Of a stretch of 64,000 bases of DNA, positions 45,569 through 55,600 are shown piece by piece. Made by a program: the position numbers and the translations under genes. The stretch lies in NCBI GenBank assembly GCA_041191405.1, contig JBEEOW010000017.1, positions 10,317 to 74,316 of the forward strand, read 5' to 3'. Numbering within the stretch: position 1 is the first letter of the stretch; each line of letters begins with the position of its first letter. Under the pieces are notes generated by a model, which saw nothing but the letters and a program-made list of their open reading frames with translations, made no database searches and was not told the DNA's origin. Source of the stretch: Bacteroidota bacterium. GTDB lineage: Bacteria; Bacteroidota; Bacteroidia; Cytophagales; UBA9547.

Positions 45569-46686
45569 TTTATTTTTACAATATCGCCTTCAATTGCATT
45601 GCTAATGCTTTCGTTTACAATAGTTTCGCCTTCTTTTAAACCTTTTATAAAAGCTTTGTCTTCAAATGTTTTTAAAACGAATACTTCTTTCAATTGAAGT
45701 TTATTATTTTCAACTAACCAAACTTTTTTTTCTTGAAAAATAGCGCTTCTTGGAATTTCTATTACATTTTTAAGAGATTGATTGCCAAGTTTTATATTGA
45801 CATACATACCTTCAAAAATGGTGTTTTCTTTTGAAATATTTACATGAGCAAAAACAGTGATTGATTGCGTATTTGCATCAATGCTTTCACTTATTCTTGA
45901 TACATTCGCTGAAGCTATTGGATTTCCTTCTAAATTATAAAGTTGAAGGTTCTGCCCAATTTTTAACCAATGAATATCTTCAACTTTTACAGGAATTTCA
46001 ACTTCTAAATCGGCAGATGAAATAATGCGACCAAGATTAGTATTTTGACTAACAGCAGCCCCTGCTTCAATTTTTAAATCAGCAAAACTACCATTATATG
46101 GTGCTACAAAATTTGTTTTTCCAAGTTTTTCTTCGTTTGCTTGAATATTATAATATAGGCTAAATATTCTTTTAGTAGTTAAAAAGTTCTTTAGCGTTTT
46201 ATTTTGTGAATCAGGAAGTTTAGGGAATTTGTTGTAGATATTTAATTGATTTAAATAATTTTCCCAAACAGCATATTCCGCTTTAAAATCCATTTTCAAA
46301 TCAGGAATAATGGCAGTTAATGCAGTAATGAAATCACTTTTTTGGGCTTGTAAATTAAGTTTTGTGTCAGATGATTCAATACTAAATAGAATATCTCCTT
46401 TTTTGAATTTTTGTGCTTTCTTTAATGGAATTGAACCTTGAAGTAATCTGCCATTTGCTTCAGCAACCAAGTTTATTGGTGAAGCAGCAATTATTTTTCC
46501 GTTTAATGCTATTGAAAATGAAGCATCTTTATAAAATACTTTTGAAGTACTTACATATTTTATTGGAGCTAAATCTAACTTTTTGTCAGTATTTTTTTTG
46601 AATGAAGCTAGCCAAAAATAGCCAACTACACTCAATGTGATAATTACACTTACTAAAATATGTTGTTTATACTGCTTCATTAACAA
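45565..46686 (-). CDS. RND efflux periplasmic adaptor (membrane fusion protein)
   Basis: 373 aa. N-terminal TM anchor, lipoyl/barrel-sandwich motifs. 4-nt overlap with the permease. Confidence 0.8.
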   Translation of the reverse strand: MLMKQYKQHILVSVIITLSVVGYFWLASFKKNTDKKLDLAPIKYVSTSKVFYKDASFSIALNGKIIAASPINLVAEANGRLLQGSIPLKKAQKFKKGDILFSIESSDTKLNLQAQKSDFITALTAIIPDLKMDFKAEYAVWENYLNQLNIYNKFPKLPDSQNKTLKNFLTTKRIFSLYYNIQANEEKLGKTNFVAPYNGSFADLKIEAGAAVSQNTNLGRIISSADLEVEIPVKVEDIHWLKIGQNLQLYNLEGNPIASANVSRISESIDANTQSITVFAHVNISKENTIFEGMYVNIKLGNQSLKNVIEIPRSAIFQEKKVWLVENNKLQLKEVFVLKTFEDKAFIKGLKEGETIVNESISNAIEGDIVKIK

Positions 46687-46804
46687 ATTGAATGTTTGAA
46701 AACTAAAATAATTGCTAATCTAATAAAAAAATCACAATCCATAAGCTTGTAATAATTCGGTATAATTTTTGTTAATTTGCTACCGAACAAAAAATGTTAA
46801 AAAA

Positions 46805-47533
46805 ATGAGAAGCTCAAATCCTATTTTAGATTCAAATGCTTTCGAAATTAGAGGCAAAGTCGCTTATGATGGCGGAATGACAATAAGCGGAACAGTAAAC
46901 AAAAGTTTAATGTTATTGGCGTTAGTTAGTACAACAGCTTTGTTTACATATTTAAATCTTGGTGCTGCCACAATGCCAATAGCAATTGGAGGAGCAATTG
47001 GAGGTTTTATTTTCGCATTAATTACAACATTCAAAAAAGAATGGTCGCCTATAACGGCACCAATTTATGCATTACTTGAAGGCTTATTCCTTGGAGGAAT
47101 TTCAGGTGTGTTTAACCAAATGTATCCTGGAATAGCAATTCAAGCAGTTATGTTAACATTTGGTGTTTTCTTTTGTTTATTAGCTGCTTACAAAAGTGGC
47201 TTAATTAAAGCAACTGAAAACTTTAAGCTTGGAATAGTTGCTGCAACTGGAGCTATTTTCATGGTTTACATGGCAAGTATGATTTTAGGTTTATTCAATA
47301 TTGAAATGCCATTAATTCATAGCAACGGTACATTCGGTATTATATTTAGTTTAGTTGTTGTTGTAATAGCTGCTTTAAATTTAGTATTAGACTTTGACTT
47401 TATTGAAGAAGCTGCAGCAAATGGTTCACCTAAATATATGGAATGGTACGCTGCATTTGGCTTACTTGTAACATTGGTTTGGTTATACCTTGAAATTTTA
47501 AAATTATTAGCTAAACTTAGTAAAAGAGACTAA
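46805..47533 (+). CDS. Bax inhibitor-1/YccA family membrane protein
   Basis: N-terminal MRSSNPIL followed by 7 TM helices. I prefer the ATG at 46805 to the track's TTG at 46769. Confidence 0.75.
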   Translation: MRSSNPILDSNAFEIRGKVAYDGGMTISGTVNKSLMLLALVSTTALFTYLNLGAATMPIAIGGAIGGFIFALITTFKKEWSPITAPIYALLEGLFLGGISGVFNQMYPGIAIQAVMLTFGVFFCLLAAYKSGLIKATENFKLGIVAATGAIFMVYMASMILGLFNIEMPLIHSNGTFGIIFSLVVVVIAALNLVLDFDFIEEAAANGSPKYMEWYAAFGLLVTLVWLYLEILKLLAKLSKRD

Positions 47534-47554
47534 GCTTAAAACAATTAAAATTCC

Positions 47555-47591
47555 AAAGCTCCGTATCTGAAAATGATGCAGAGCTTTTTTT
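47555..47591 (+). terminator. Rho-independent terminator
   Basis: AAAGCTCCGTATC / GATGCAGAGCTTT stem (one mismatch, one wobble), then TTTTTTTGTTTT. Confidence 0.7.
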
Positions 47592-47732
47592 GTTTTAAAC
47601 TAAAAACCTATACCAAAGGAGCTTACATAAAATGCATTTTTTCAACTATACAAAACAATAAAATCATAGTAACACTAAACGTATTTTTTGTATATTAGCG
47701 AATTCATATCATTTGCTTGCAAACATATCTTT

Positions 47733-50141
47733 ATGAAGATTTCATACAACTGGATAAAACAATTAATTGCCCTTAATAATACACCTGAAGAAATTTCAGC
47801 ACTTTTAACTAAATCAGGACTTGAGGTTGAAGGACTTGAGCCTTTTGAAAGTTTAAAAGGTGGACTTAATGGCTTTGTTGTTGCAGAAGTTTTAACTTGC
47901 GAACGTCACCCTGATGCTGATAAATTAAGCAAAACCACTGTTGACTTAGGAAATAATGTTGTAGTGCCAATTGTTTGTGGTGCTCCAAACGTTGCTGCTG
48001 GTCAAAAAGTGATTGTTGCTACAGTTGGAGCTACGGTTTATCCTTTAACTGGAGAGCCTTTTGCTATCAAAAAAGCTAAAATCAGAGGAGAGGTTTCGGA
48101 AGGAATGATTTGTGCCGAAGATGAAATTGGAATTGGTTCTGGCCATGATGGTATTTTGGTTTTAAATACTGATTTACCAAACGGAACGCCTGCCGCTGAT
48201 TATTTTGGAATCGAGAATGATATTGTTATTGAAATTGGTTTAACGCCCAATCGTGCTGATGCAGCTTCACACTTAGGTGTAGCTAGAGATTTAAAAGCTT
48301 TATTGAATGCTGAAATTTGTTTGCCAGAAAACAATATTGTTGCAGGTAATCAAAATAAAGTAAAAGTTACTGTTGAAAATGCAGAAGCTGCTCCAAGATA
48401 CACAGGTTTAGTAATCGAAAATCTTGAAGTGAAATCTTCACCAGATTGGTTGAAAAACAGATTAAAAGCCATAGGTTTAAATCCAATCAATAACATTGTG
48501 GATGCAACTAATTATGTTTTGCATGAATTAGGGCAACCATTACACGCTTTTGATTTAGCCAAAATCAAAGGCAATGAAATAAATGTAAAATTTGCAGCTG
48601 AAGGAACTAAATTCGTAACGCTTGATGGTGTTGAAAGAACCTTAAAAGCAAATGATTTAGTAATTGCAAATGCAGAAGAGCCAATGTGTTTGGCAGGAGT
48701 ATTTGGAGGAAAAGATAGTGGAGTAAGTGATTCAACTACTGCAATTTTCCTTGAAAGTGCGTATTTTAATCCAGCTGTTGTGCGTAAATCATCGTTACAA
48801 CATGGCTTAAAAACCGATTCTTCTTTCCGTTTTGAAAGAGGTACCGACCCAAATATGCCAGCTTATGCTTTACAAAGAGCTGCAAAATTAATTTTAGAAG
48901 TTGCTGGAGGTACAATTACTTCGCCAGTAAATGATTTGTATCCAAATCCAATCGCTGATTTTGAAGTTAATGTAACATTTAAAAACATTAAAAGATTAAT
49001 CGGAATTGAAATTCCAAAGGAGCAAATCAAAACAATACTTACCAATTTAGGTATTTCTATAGCCCAAGAAACTGAAGAAGGTTTACAATTACTTGTTCCA
49101 CCTTTCAAAGTAGATGTACAACGTGAAGCTGATATTGTTGAAGAAATTATTCGTATTTTCGGATTCGACAATATTCCAACAGCTCCACATTTGGGTGCAG
49201 CTTTCTTGGCAAACTTTCCTGAAAAAAATCCTGAAAACATTACCAATACATTAGCAAATGATTTGGTTGCAAAAGGATTTAATGAAATAATAAGTAACTC
49301 ATTAACCAAACCTTCGTATTTTGAATCATTGCCTCAATATCCTGCTGAAAAGCATGTTGAGATTTTGAATAAATTGAGCGAGGAATTGGCAATTATGCGT
49401 CCGTCATTATTGTTTTCAGGCTTAGAAGCATTGGCTTTCAATATTAATCGTAAACAAAATAATCTTAAACTTTTTGAAATTGGTAAAACGTATCAAAAAG
49501 GAGAAGATAAATATGTGGAGGAGAATGTGTTGGGCTTGTGGTTAAGTGGTAATGTAAGTGACGAAACTTGGTTAGCAAAAAACAAGAAATTTGAGTTTAG
49601 CGACCTTGCAACTGCACTTCAAGATATTTTTTCAAAGTTAAACTTGAAAAATATCTCAACTGAAAAAATAAGCAATGAAATATTTGCTTATGGAATAGAA
49701 ATAAAATTAAACAACAAAACAATAGGCTTTGCTGGTTTGGTAAATAAAGTTATTGCAAAACTAGCTGATTTAAAACAGGAAGTTTTTTATGCAGAACTGA
49801 ACCTTAAATCACTGATAAAAGCTTATTCTTCAAGTACTAAGTATGCTGAAATCTCTAAATTTCCTGAAGTAAGAAGAGATTTAGCCTTAGTAATTGATAA
49901 AAAAATTAGCTTCGACGAGATTAAAAAACTTGCTTTTAAAGCAGAAAAGAAGCTACTTAAAGAAATTAATGTTTTTGATGTATTTGAAGGAGAACAAATT
50001 GGTGCTGATAAAAAATCGTATTCAGTTTCGTTTATTTTGCAAGATGCAACGCAAACATTAACCGACAAACAAATTGACCAAAGCATGGCAAAGCTTATGG
50101 AAACATTTGAAAAAGAAATTAATGCATTAATCAGGAAGTAA
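47733..50141 (+). CDS. pheT: Phenylalanine--tRNA ligase beta subunit
   Basis: MKISYNWIKQL start, tRNA-binding domain (HPDADKL), and B3/4, B5 and FDX-ACB domains. I prefer the ATG at 47733. Confidence 0.95.
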   Translation: MKISYNWIKQLIALNNTPEEISALLTKSGLEVEGLEPFESLKGGLNGFVVAEVLTCERHPDADKLSKTTVDLGNNVVVPIVCGAPNVAAGQKVIVATVGATVYPLTGEPFAIKKAKIRGEVSEGMICAEDEIGIGSGHDGILVLNTDLPNGTPAADYFGIENDIVIEIGLTPNRADAASHLGVARDLKALLNAEICLPENNIVAGNQNKVKVTVENAEAAPRYTGLVIENLEVKSSPDWLKNRLKAIGLNPINNIVDATNYVLHELGQPLHAFDLAKIKGNEINVKFAAEGTKFVTLDGVERTLKANDLVIANAEEPMCLAGVFGGKDSGVSDSTTAIFLESAYFNPAVVRKSSLQHGLKTDSSFRFERGTDPNMPAYALQRAAKLILEVAGGTITSPVNDLYPNPIADFEVNVTFKNIKRLIGIEIPKEQIKTILTNLGISIAQETEEGLQLLVPPFKVDVQREADIVEEIIRIFGFDNIPTAPHLGAAFLANFPEKNPENITNTLANDLVAKGFNEIISNSLTKPSYFESLPQYPAEKHVEILNKLSEELAIMRPSLLFSGLEALAFNINRKQNNLKLFEIGKTYQKGEDKYVEENVLGLWLSGNVSDETWLAKNKKFEFSDLATALQDIFSKLNLKNISTEKISNEIFAYGIEIKLNNKTIGFAGLVNKVIAKLADLKQEVFYAELNLKSLIKAYSSSTKYAEISKFPEVRRDLALVIDKKISFDEIKKLAFKAEKKLLKEINVFDVFEGEQIGADKKSYSVSFILQDATQTLTDKQIDQSMAKLMETFEKEINALIRK

Positions 50142-50143
50142 TC

Positions 50144-50443
50144 ATGAGAGATGAAACAGTGTTAAATAAACTCAATCATTTTGAGATAAGTGTACGTAAA
50201 CTTGTTGAAGCTTATTTGAATTTAAAATCTAAATATCAAGAAGCTCAAAATGAAATACATACATTAAAAACGAGTCTTCAAGAGAAAGAGGAACTATTAT
50301 CACAGTTTCAAAATCAAGATAAAATTAGTAATTTTGTATCTTCATTAGCAGAAAACAATCCTGAAATGGCAGAGTTGAAGTTAAAAATCGACGATATTAT
50401 TCAGGAAATTGATAAGTGCATAGCCCAACTGAGCGAACAATAG
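50144..50443 (+). CDS. Small coiled-coil protein (ZapB-like position upstream of zapA)
   Basis: 99 aa with heptad-rich sequence. Tightly packed between pheT and zapA. Confidence 0.5.
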   Translation: MRDETVLNKLNHFEISVRKLVEAYLNLKSKYQEAQNEIHTLKTSLQEKEELLSQFQNQDKISNFVSSLAENNPEMAELKLKIDDIIQEIDKCIAQLSEQ

Positions 50444-50456
50444 AGCAAGATTTACG

Positions 50457-50747
50457 ATGGGAGAACTTTCAATCAAAATAAAAATAGCCGACAAAGAATA
50501 CCCTATGAGGGTGGAGGCTAGCGAAGAAGAGATTATAAGAACTGCAGCCAAACAGGTGAATGAAAAGCTGAAAACTTTTAAAGATCTGTATGGCATTGAC
50601 GATAAACAGGATTTATTAGCAATGGTAGCTTTTGACGCTATTATTCATCACATGCGTGCAAGTGATGTTGACAATGGTGCTGCGAGTAAAATCACAGAAA
50701 AAATGGCTTACCTTGAATCTTTAATCTCATCTACTTTAAAAGATTGA
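50457..50747 (+). CDS. zapA: Cell division protein ZapA
   Basis: 96 aa. LSIKIKIADKEYPMRVEASEEEIIRTAAKQVNEKL fits the ZapA pattern. Confidence 0.85.
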   Translation: MGELSIKIKIADKEYPMRVEASEEEIIRTAAKQVNEKLKTFKDLYGIDDKQDLLAMVAFDAIIHHMRASDVDNGAASKITEKMAYLESLISSTLKD

Positions 50748-50754
50748 TTGTTTT

Positions 50755-50809
50755 TATTAGTACAAGGTATTAAGTACAAAGTATTGTTAAGTTAGAATTA
50801 TTAGGAGCA
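50755..50809. repeat. Tandem 13/14-nt repeat after the zapA stop
   Basis: TATTAGTACAAGG TATTAAGTACAAAG TATTGTTAAGTTAG AATTATTAGGAGCA. C-poor. Confidence 0.6.
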
Positions 50810-50825
50810 AAGTGTTGGAGTTGAG

Positions 50826-50867
50826 TATTAATTATTAATTATTAATTAAAAATTATTAATTAATAAG
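50826..50867. repeat. Tandem heptamer TATTAAT array
   Basis: TATTAAT x3 (perfect), then TAAAAAT, TATTAAT, TAATAAG. Confidence 0.75.
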
Positions 50868-50909
50868 TTTTTCTGCCAATGGAATTAACCTTTATTTAGT
50901 TATTTTAAA

Positions 50910-52475
50910 ATGGAAACGATTATAATAGTAGCACTTACAGCAATAGTTTCTATTGGTGTGGGGATAGTTGTAAGTAAAAATTTACTACAAAAAGCAAACA
51001 ATAAGTTAGTTGAATCGGCTGAGGAAAAAGCAAAACTTATTATTAGAGAAGCAGAAGTAAATGCCGAAGATTTGAAAAAAACTCGTATTATGGAAGCTAA
51101 AGAGAAATTTTTAGCACTTAAAACTGAGTTTGAAGAGGAATCTAACAAAAAGAAAAACCTTATCATTGCTAATGAAAATAAGGTAAAAGAACGTGAATTA
51201 AAAGCCCAAAAATTAATAGAGCAAAACGCAAGAAAAGAAGCGGAATTAGATGCTTTAAAAGAAAATCTTGCAGCTCAAATTGAGATTACTAACAAAAGAA
51301 AAGAAGAAGTTGAAAAACTTCGTTTATCGCAAGTATCTAAATTAGAAAAAATTGCAAACCTTACTGCTGATGAAGCTAAAGAGCAATTAGTTGAAACTTT
51401 AAAAGGTGAGGCACAATCAAGAGCTAACTCTTATGTAAAAGATATTGTTGAAGAAGCAAAATTAACTGCAACCAAAGAAGCTAAAAAGATTGTAATTCAA
51501 ACTATACAACGTACTGCTGCTGAGCATGCTATTGAAAACTGTGTATCTGTTTTCAATATTGAAAATGACGATATCAAAGGTAAAATTATTGGTAGAGAAG
51601 GTAGAAATATCAGGGCTTTAGAGGCTGCTACTGGTGTTGAAATTATTGTTGATGATACCCCTGAGGCAATCATTATTTCTGGCTTTGACCCTGTTCGTAG
51701 AGAAATAGCTCGTTTATCTTTACACCGTTTGGTTCAAGATGGACGTATTCACCCAGCTCGTATTGAAGAGGTGGTGTTGAAAACCGCAAAAAATATTGAT
51801 GATGAAATAGTTGAAATTGGTGAGCGTACAGCAATTGATTTAGGGATTCATGGTTTACACCCTGAGTTGATTAAAATGGTTGGTAGAATGCGTTTCCGAT
51901 CATCTTACGGACAAAATTTATTACAACACTCTCGTGAAGTAGCTAAGTTGTGTGCTACTATGGCAGCTGAATTAGGCTTAAATGCTAAAATGGCTAAACG
52001 TGCAGGTTTGTTACACGATATTGGAAAAGTTTGGCCAGAAGAAGCTGAATTACCTCACGCATTGTTGGGTATGGAGCTTGCAAAAAAATACAAAGAACAT
52101 CCAGATGTTGTAAATGCAATTGGAGCTCACCATGATGAGATTGAGATGACTTCAATGATTTCTCCAATTATTCAGGTGTGTGATGCTATTTCAGGTTCTC
52201 GTCCGGGTGCACGTAGAGAAATGTCAGAATCGTATGTAAAACGATTGAAAGAGTTAGAGCAACTAGCTTTATCATTTGACGGAGTAACAAAATGCTACGC
52301 AATACAAGCAGGTAGAGAATTACGTGTATTAGTTGATGCCGACAATGTAACAGACGATAAATCAAGTATGTTATCATTTGAGATTTCGCAAAAAATAGAA
52401 AAAGAAATGCAATACCCAGGTCAGATTAAAGTAACGGTAATTCGTGAAACAAGATCTGTAAGTTTTGCAAAGTAA
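50910..52475 (+). CDS. rny: Ribonuclease Y
   Basis: 521 aa. N-terminal TM helix, coiled coil, KH ([13 protein letters not shown]) and HD domain (LLHDIGK). Confidence 0.95.
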   Translation: METIIIVALTAIVSIGVGIVVSKNLLQKANNKLVESAEEKAKLIIREAEVNAEDLKKTRIMEAKEKFLALKTEFEEESNKKKNLIIANENKVKERELKAQKLIEQNARKEAELDALKENLAAQIEITNKRKEEVEKLRLSQVSKLEKIANLTADEAKEQLVETLKGEAQSRANSYVKDIVEEAKLTATKEAKKIVIQTIQRTAAEHAIENCVSVFNIENDDIKGKIIGREGRNIRALEAATGVEIIVDDTPEAIIISGFDPVRREIARLSLHRLVQDGRIHPARIEEVVLKTAKNIDDEIVEIGERTAIDLGIHGLHPELIKMVGRMRFRSSYGQNLLQHSREVAKLCATMAAELGLNAKMAKRAGLLHDIGKVWPEEAELPHALLGMELAKKYKEHPDVVNAIGAHHDEIEMTSMISPIIQVCDAISGSRPGARREMSESYVKRLKELEQLALSFDGVTKCYAIQAGRELRVLVDADNVTDDKSSMLSFEISQKIEKEMQYPGQIKVTVIRETRSVSFAK

Positions 52476-52500
52476 TATTTAAGAAAATATAGTTTTTAGG

Positions 52501-52532
52501 AAAGCTTATCGTGAAAACGGTAGGCTTTTTTT
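52501..52532 (+). terminator. Rho-independent terminator after rny
   Basis: AAAGCTTATCG-TGAAAA-CGGTAGGCTTT (two G.U wobbles) followed by TTTTTGTG. Confidence 0.7.
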
Positions 52533-52632
52533 GTGTCCTCAACCCTCAAAACAAAAATATCTTTTTCAAGAAATAAAATACTCTTACTTTTTAATTATCT
52601 TTCAAAAACATTTCTAATCCTCATATTATCAA

Positions 52633-55600
52633 ATGAAAAGATTTAAAAATAAGGCTGATATTTTCTGGCTTTCTTTTGCTGTAATTTTATTAATTGGTTT
52701 TGCTTATCGAATTTTTACTAAAGAAAGGTTGTCGACAACTGCAAGTATTGAACGTTCATTTGCAGCGCCTGATACTGCCTATGCTGAATATGTGTACGCT
52801 TATACAAATGGAATTATTTCTTCGCATGATAAAATCAAAATTATTTTAACAGCTGATATTACTGATTCTTTAGAAAGAAGTGAATTGTTAACCAGCGATT
52901 TATTCGATTTTTCTCCTGAAATAAAAGGCAAACTTTCGTGGGAAGGTACCAATGCTTTGGTTTTTACACCTGATGCTCCACTTCCTTCGGGAATAGAATA
53001 TGCGGGTACTTTTGCCTTGAAAAAGGTTTATAAAGATATTGATGATAAGCTTGCTGAGTTTCCACTACACTTTAAAGTTATAAAACAAACTTTTGAAACT
53101 GATGAACCAACTTTGGGGTATCCTGAGAAATCGGATACAAGAAAGGTGGCTTTTACTGGGGTACTTTATAGTGCTGATATTGCCACGCCTGCCGAAGCTG
53201 AAAAACAATTGAAAGCTACTCAAAATGGTAAGGATTTGAAAATAACTTGGGTTCATGATGCAAACGGAACTACGCATAGGTATAACATTGAAGGTGCTGA
53301 GCGAACTTCTTCAAATGAAACGGTTAAAATTATTTGCGCTGAAAATACTGATGACGAACAAATTATCGAAACTGAAATTCCTGCCTTGGGTGTATTTAAA
53401 GTAGTGAAATTTAAAGTGGTGAATGAAGGAGAGCAATATTTGAGTGTGTTGTTTTCTGATCCATTACTTGAAAATCAGGATTACAATGGTATGGTTTCTA
53501 TTGATAACAATAACAACAATTTTAGATTTTTGGCTATTGATAATGAATTAAGAGTTTATCCTGAAAATACTTTTGATAGAGAGGTAAATGTGAATATTTC
53601 TGGTGCAATTAGAAATATTACTGCAGCCATGATGGGTGATGATAGAAATGAAAAAGTAGATTTTTCGGATGAGTTACCAGCTATTGCTTTGCTTTCAAGT
53701 GGAACTATTTTGCCAAGTTCAGCAAATCAAAAAGTGAGTTTTAAAGCAAAAGCGATTAAATCTGTAAATATTGAAATTGTTAGAATTTATGAAACGAATG
53801 TGCCTCAATTTTTGCAAACAAATGAACTAAACGGACAAAGTGAAGTGAAACGAGTTGGGCGACCAGTATTTCAACGCAAAGTTTCTTTGAAAAAAAGCAA
53901 TGCATCTAATCTTAAAAAATGGAACAATTTTCAATTCAATATTAGTGAATATATTCAACAAGAACCAGGTGCAATTTATCAAGTAAGTTTTAGGTTTGGA
54001 AAAGCCGATGTTTTGTGTGAATGTGCTGATAGTGATGAAAATAAAGATTGGAATTTGTTGAAACAAGGTTTGTCGTGGTTTGCTGATGTTGACGACAAAG
54101 ACTACGATAATGTAGAAAATTACTATTATGATGATTATTACGAAGGAGAAGGTGATTATTACGAAGAGTATGACTGGAAAAAACGTAATGACCCTTGCAA
54201 TAGTGCCTTTTATAATAGTAATCCAACATCGGTACAATTAAATATTTTGTCATCGGATATTGGATTAATTGCAAAAGCGGGCATAAATAATCAATACCAA
54301 ATTTTTGCTACCAATTTGGTAACAGCTCAAATTGAACAAGGTGTAAGTATTGAATTAATCAATTATCAAAAACAATCAATTGCAAAAGCAGTAACCGATG
54401 CAGAGGGAAAAGTTGTATTTGATTTAGGTAAAAATATTCCATTTTTAGCGATTGCAAGTAAGGGAAAAGAAAAAGCATATTTGAAATTATTAGACGGTGA
54501 TGCCTTATCAATGTCGAATTTTGAAGTAAGTGGAGAGTATATTCAAAAAGGATTAAAAGGCTTTATTTATGGAGAAAGAGGCGTTTGGCGTCCGGGAGAT
54601 AGTTTGTTTTTAACATTTGTGTTGGATGCTCAAAATGGTAAAGTTTCTCCAAATCAACCAATTGTAATGGAATTGCAAACACCACTTGACCAAGTTTATA
54701 CCAGAAAAGTATTAAACAAAGGAGTAGATGGAATGTATGTTTTCAAATTAAAAACAGAGCCAGATGCACCAACAGGAAACTGGTTTGTGAATGTAAATGT
54801 GGGCGGAGTAAAGTTTAGCAAAAAAATAAAAATTGAAGCCGTTAAACCTAATCGCTTAAAAATCAATTTGCAATTTGCCGAAAAAGAAATTTACAATATC
54901 AATAAAAATTCAATTGCAACCATTTCAAGTGCTTGGATGCATGGAGCTCCTGCGGCAAATTTAAGAGCTACTTATGATGTGTTTTATGGTAAATCGGTAT
55001 TTGAGGCTGGAAAGAAATTTGAAAATTATACTTTTGAAATTCCAGGGATAAGTATTGATGTGCCTGAAAGTAAAGTGTTTGATGGAGCATTAAGTGCACA
55101 AGGTGTGGCTACATTTAACCCTAATTTTAATAATTTAAAAGGTAATTTAAGTCCTGCGGTAAGTGCATATTTTAGAGGAAAGGTATATGAAAAAAGTGGA
55201 GATTTTAGTACAGATTTTACTACTGTTACCATTTATCCTTACCAAACAATTGCAGGTTTAAACATTAAGCAAGATGAAGGTAGATACAATTATGCTGTAA
55301 ATGAAGAGATTGATTTAGATGTAGTTAGTATTAATCCTAAAGGCGAATATACCTCAAATAGTGCATTACAAGTTTCAATTGTGAAGTTGAACTGGCAATG
55401 GTGGTGGGAAAGTACAAGCGATGGCGGTGTAACCAATTATATGTACAACGACAATGCATCGGAAGTAACAAGTGCATCTATTCCATTAAGTAGAGGAAAA
55501 GGAAAATTCTCATTTAAATTAGATGATAAACAATGGGGTAGGTATTTGGTAAAAGTTACAGACCCAAATTCGGGTCACGTAACTGGTGAAATTATCTACG

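Noticed and set aside
3796-50086. Numerous 60-150-aa ORFs antisense to or nested in confident genes. Examples: 3796-4023, 4617-4823, 6902-7099, 9107-9502, 12306-12506, 16519-16902, 18388-18669, 19040-19800, 24305-24538, 25969-26283, 29848-30165, 32404-32845, 33112-33405, 35699-35941, 36048-36460, 41035-41340, 41611-42228, 43683-45293, 48863-49309, 49823-50086.
   Set aside because: All overlap strongly supported CDSs on the other strand or in another frame. They have biased, low-complexity translations and no independent start or terminator signals.
53827-54274. Two overlapping antisense ORFs (136 aa and 94 aa) inside the alpha-2-macroglobulin gene
   Set aside because: They lie opposite the Tyr/Asp/Glu low-complexity insert. 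Their products are I/V/F/N/H repeats typical of shadow ORFs. The sense-strand gene is unambiguous.
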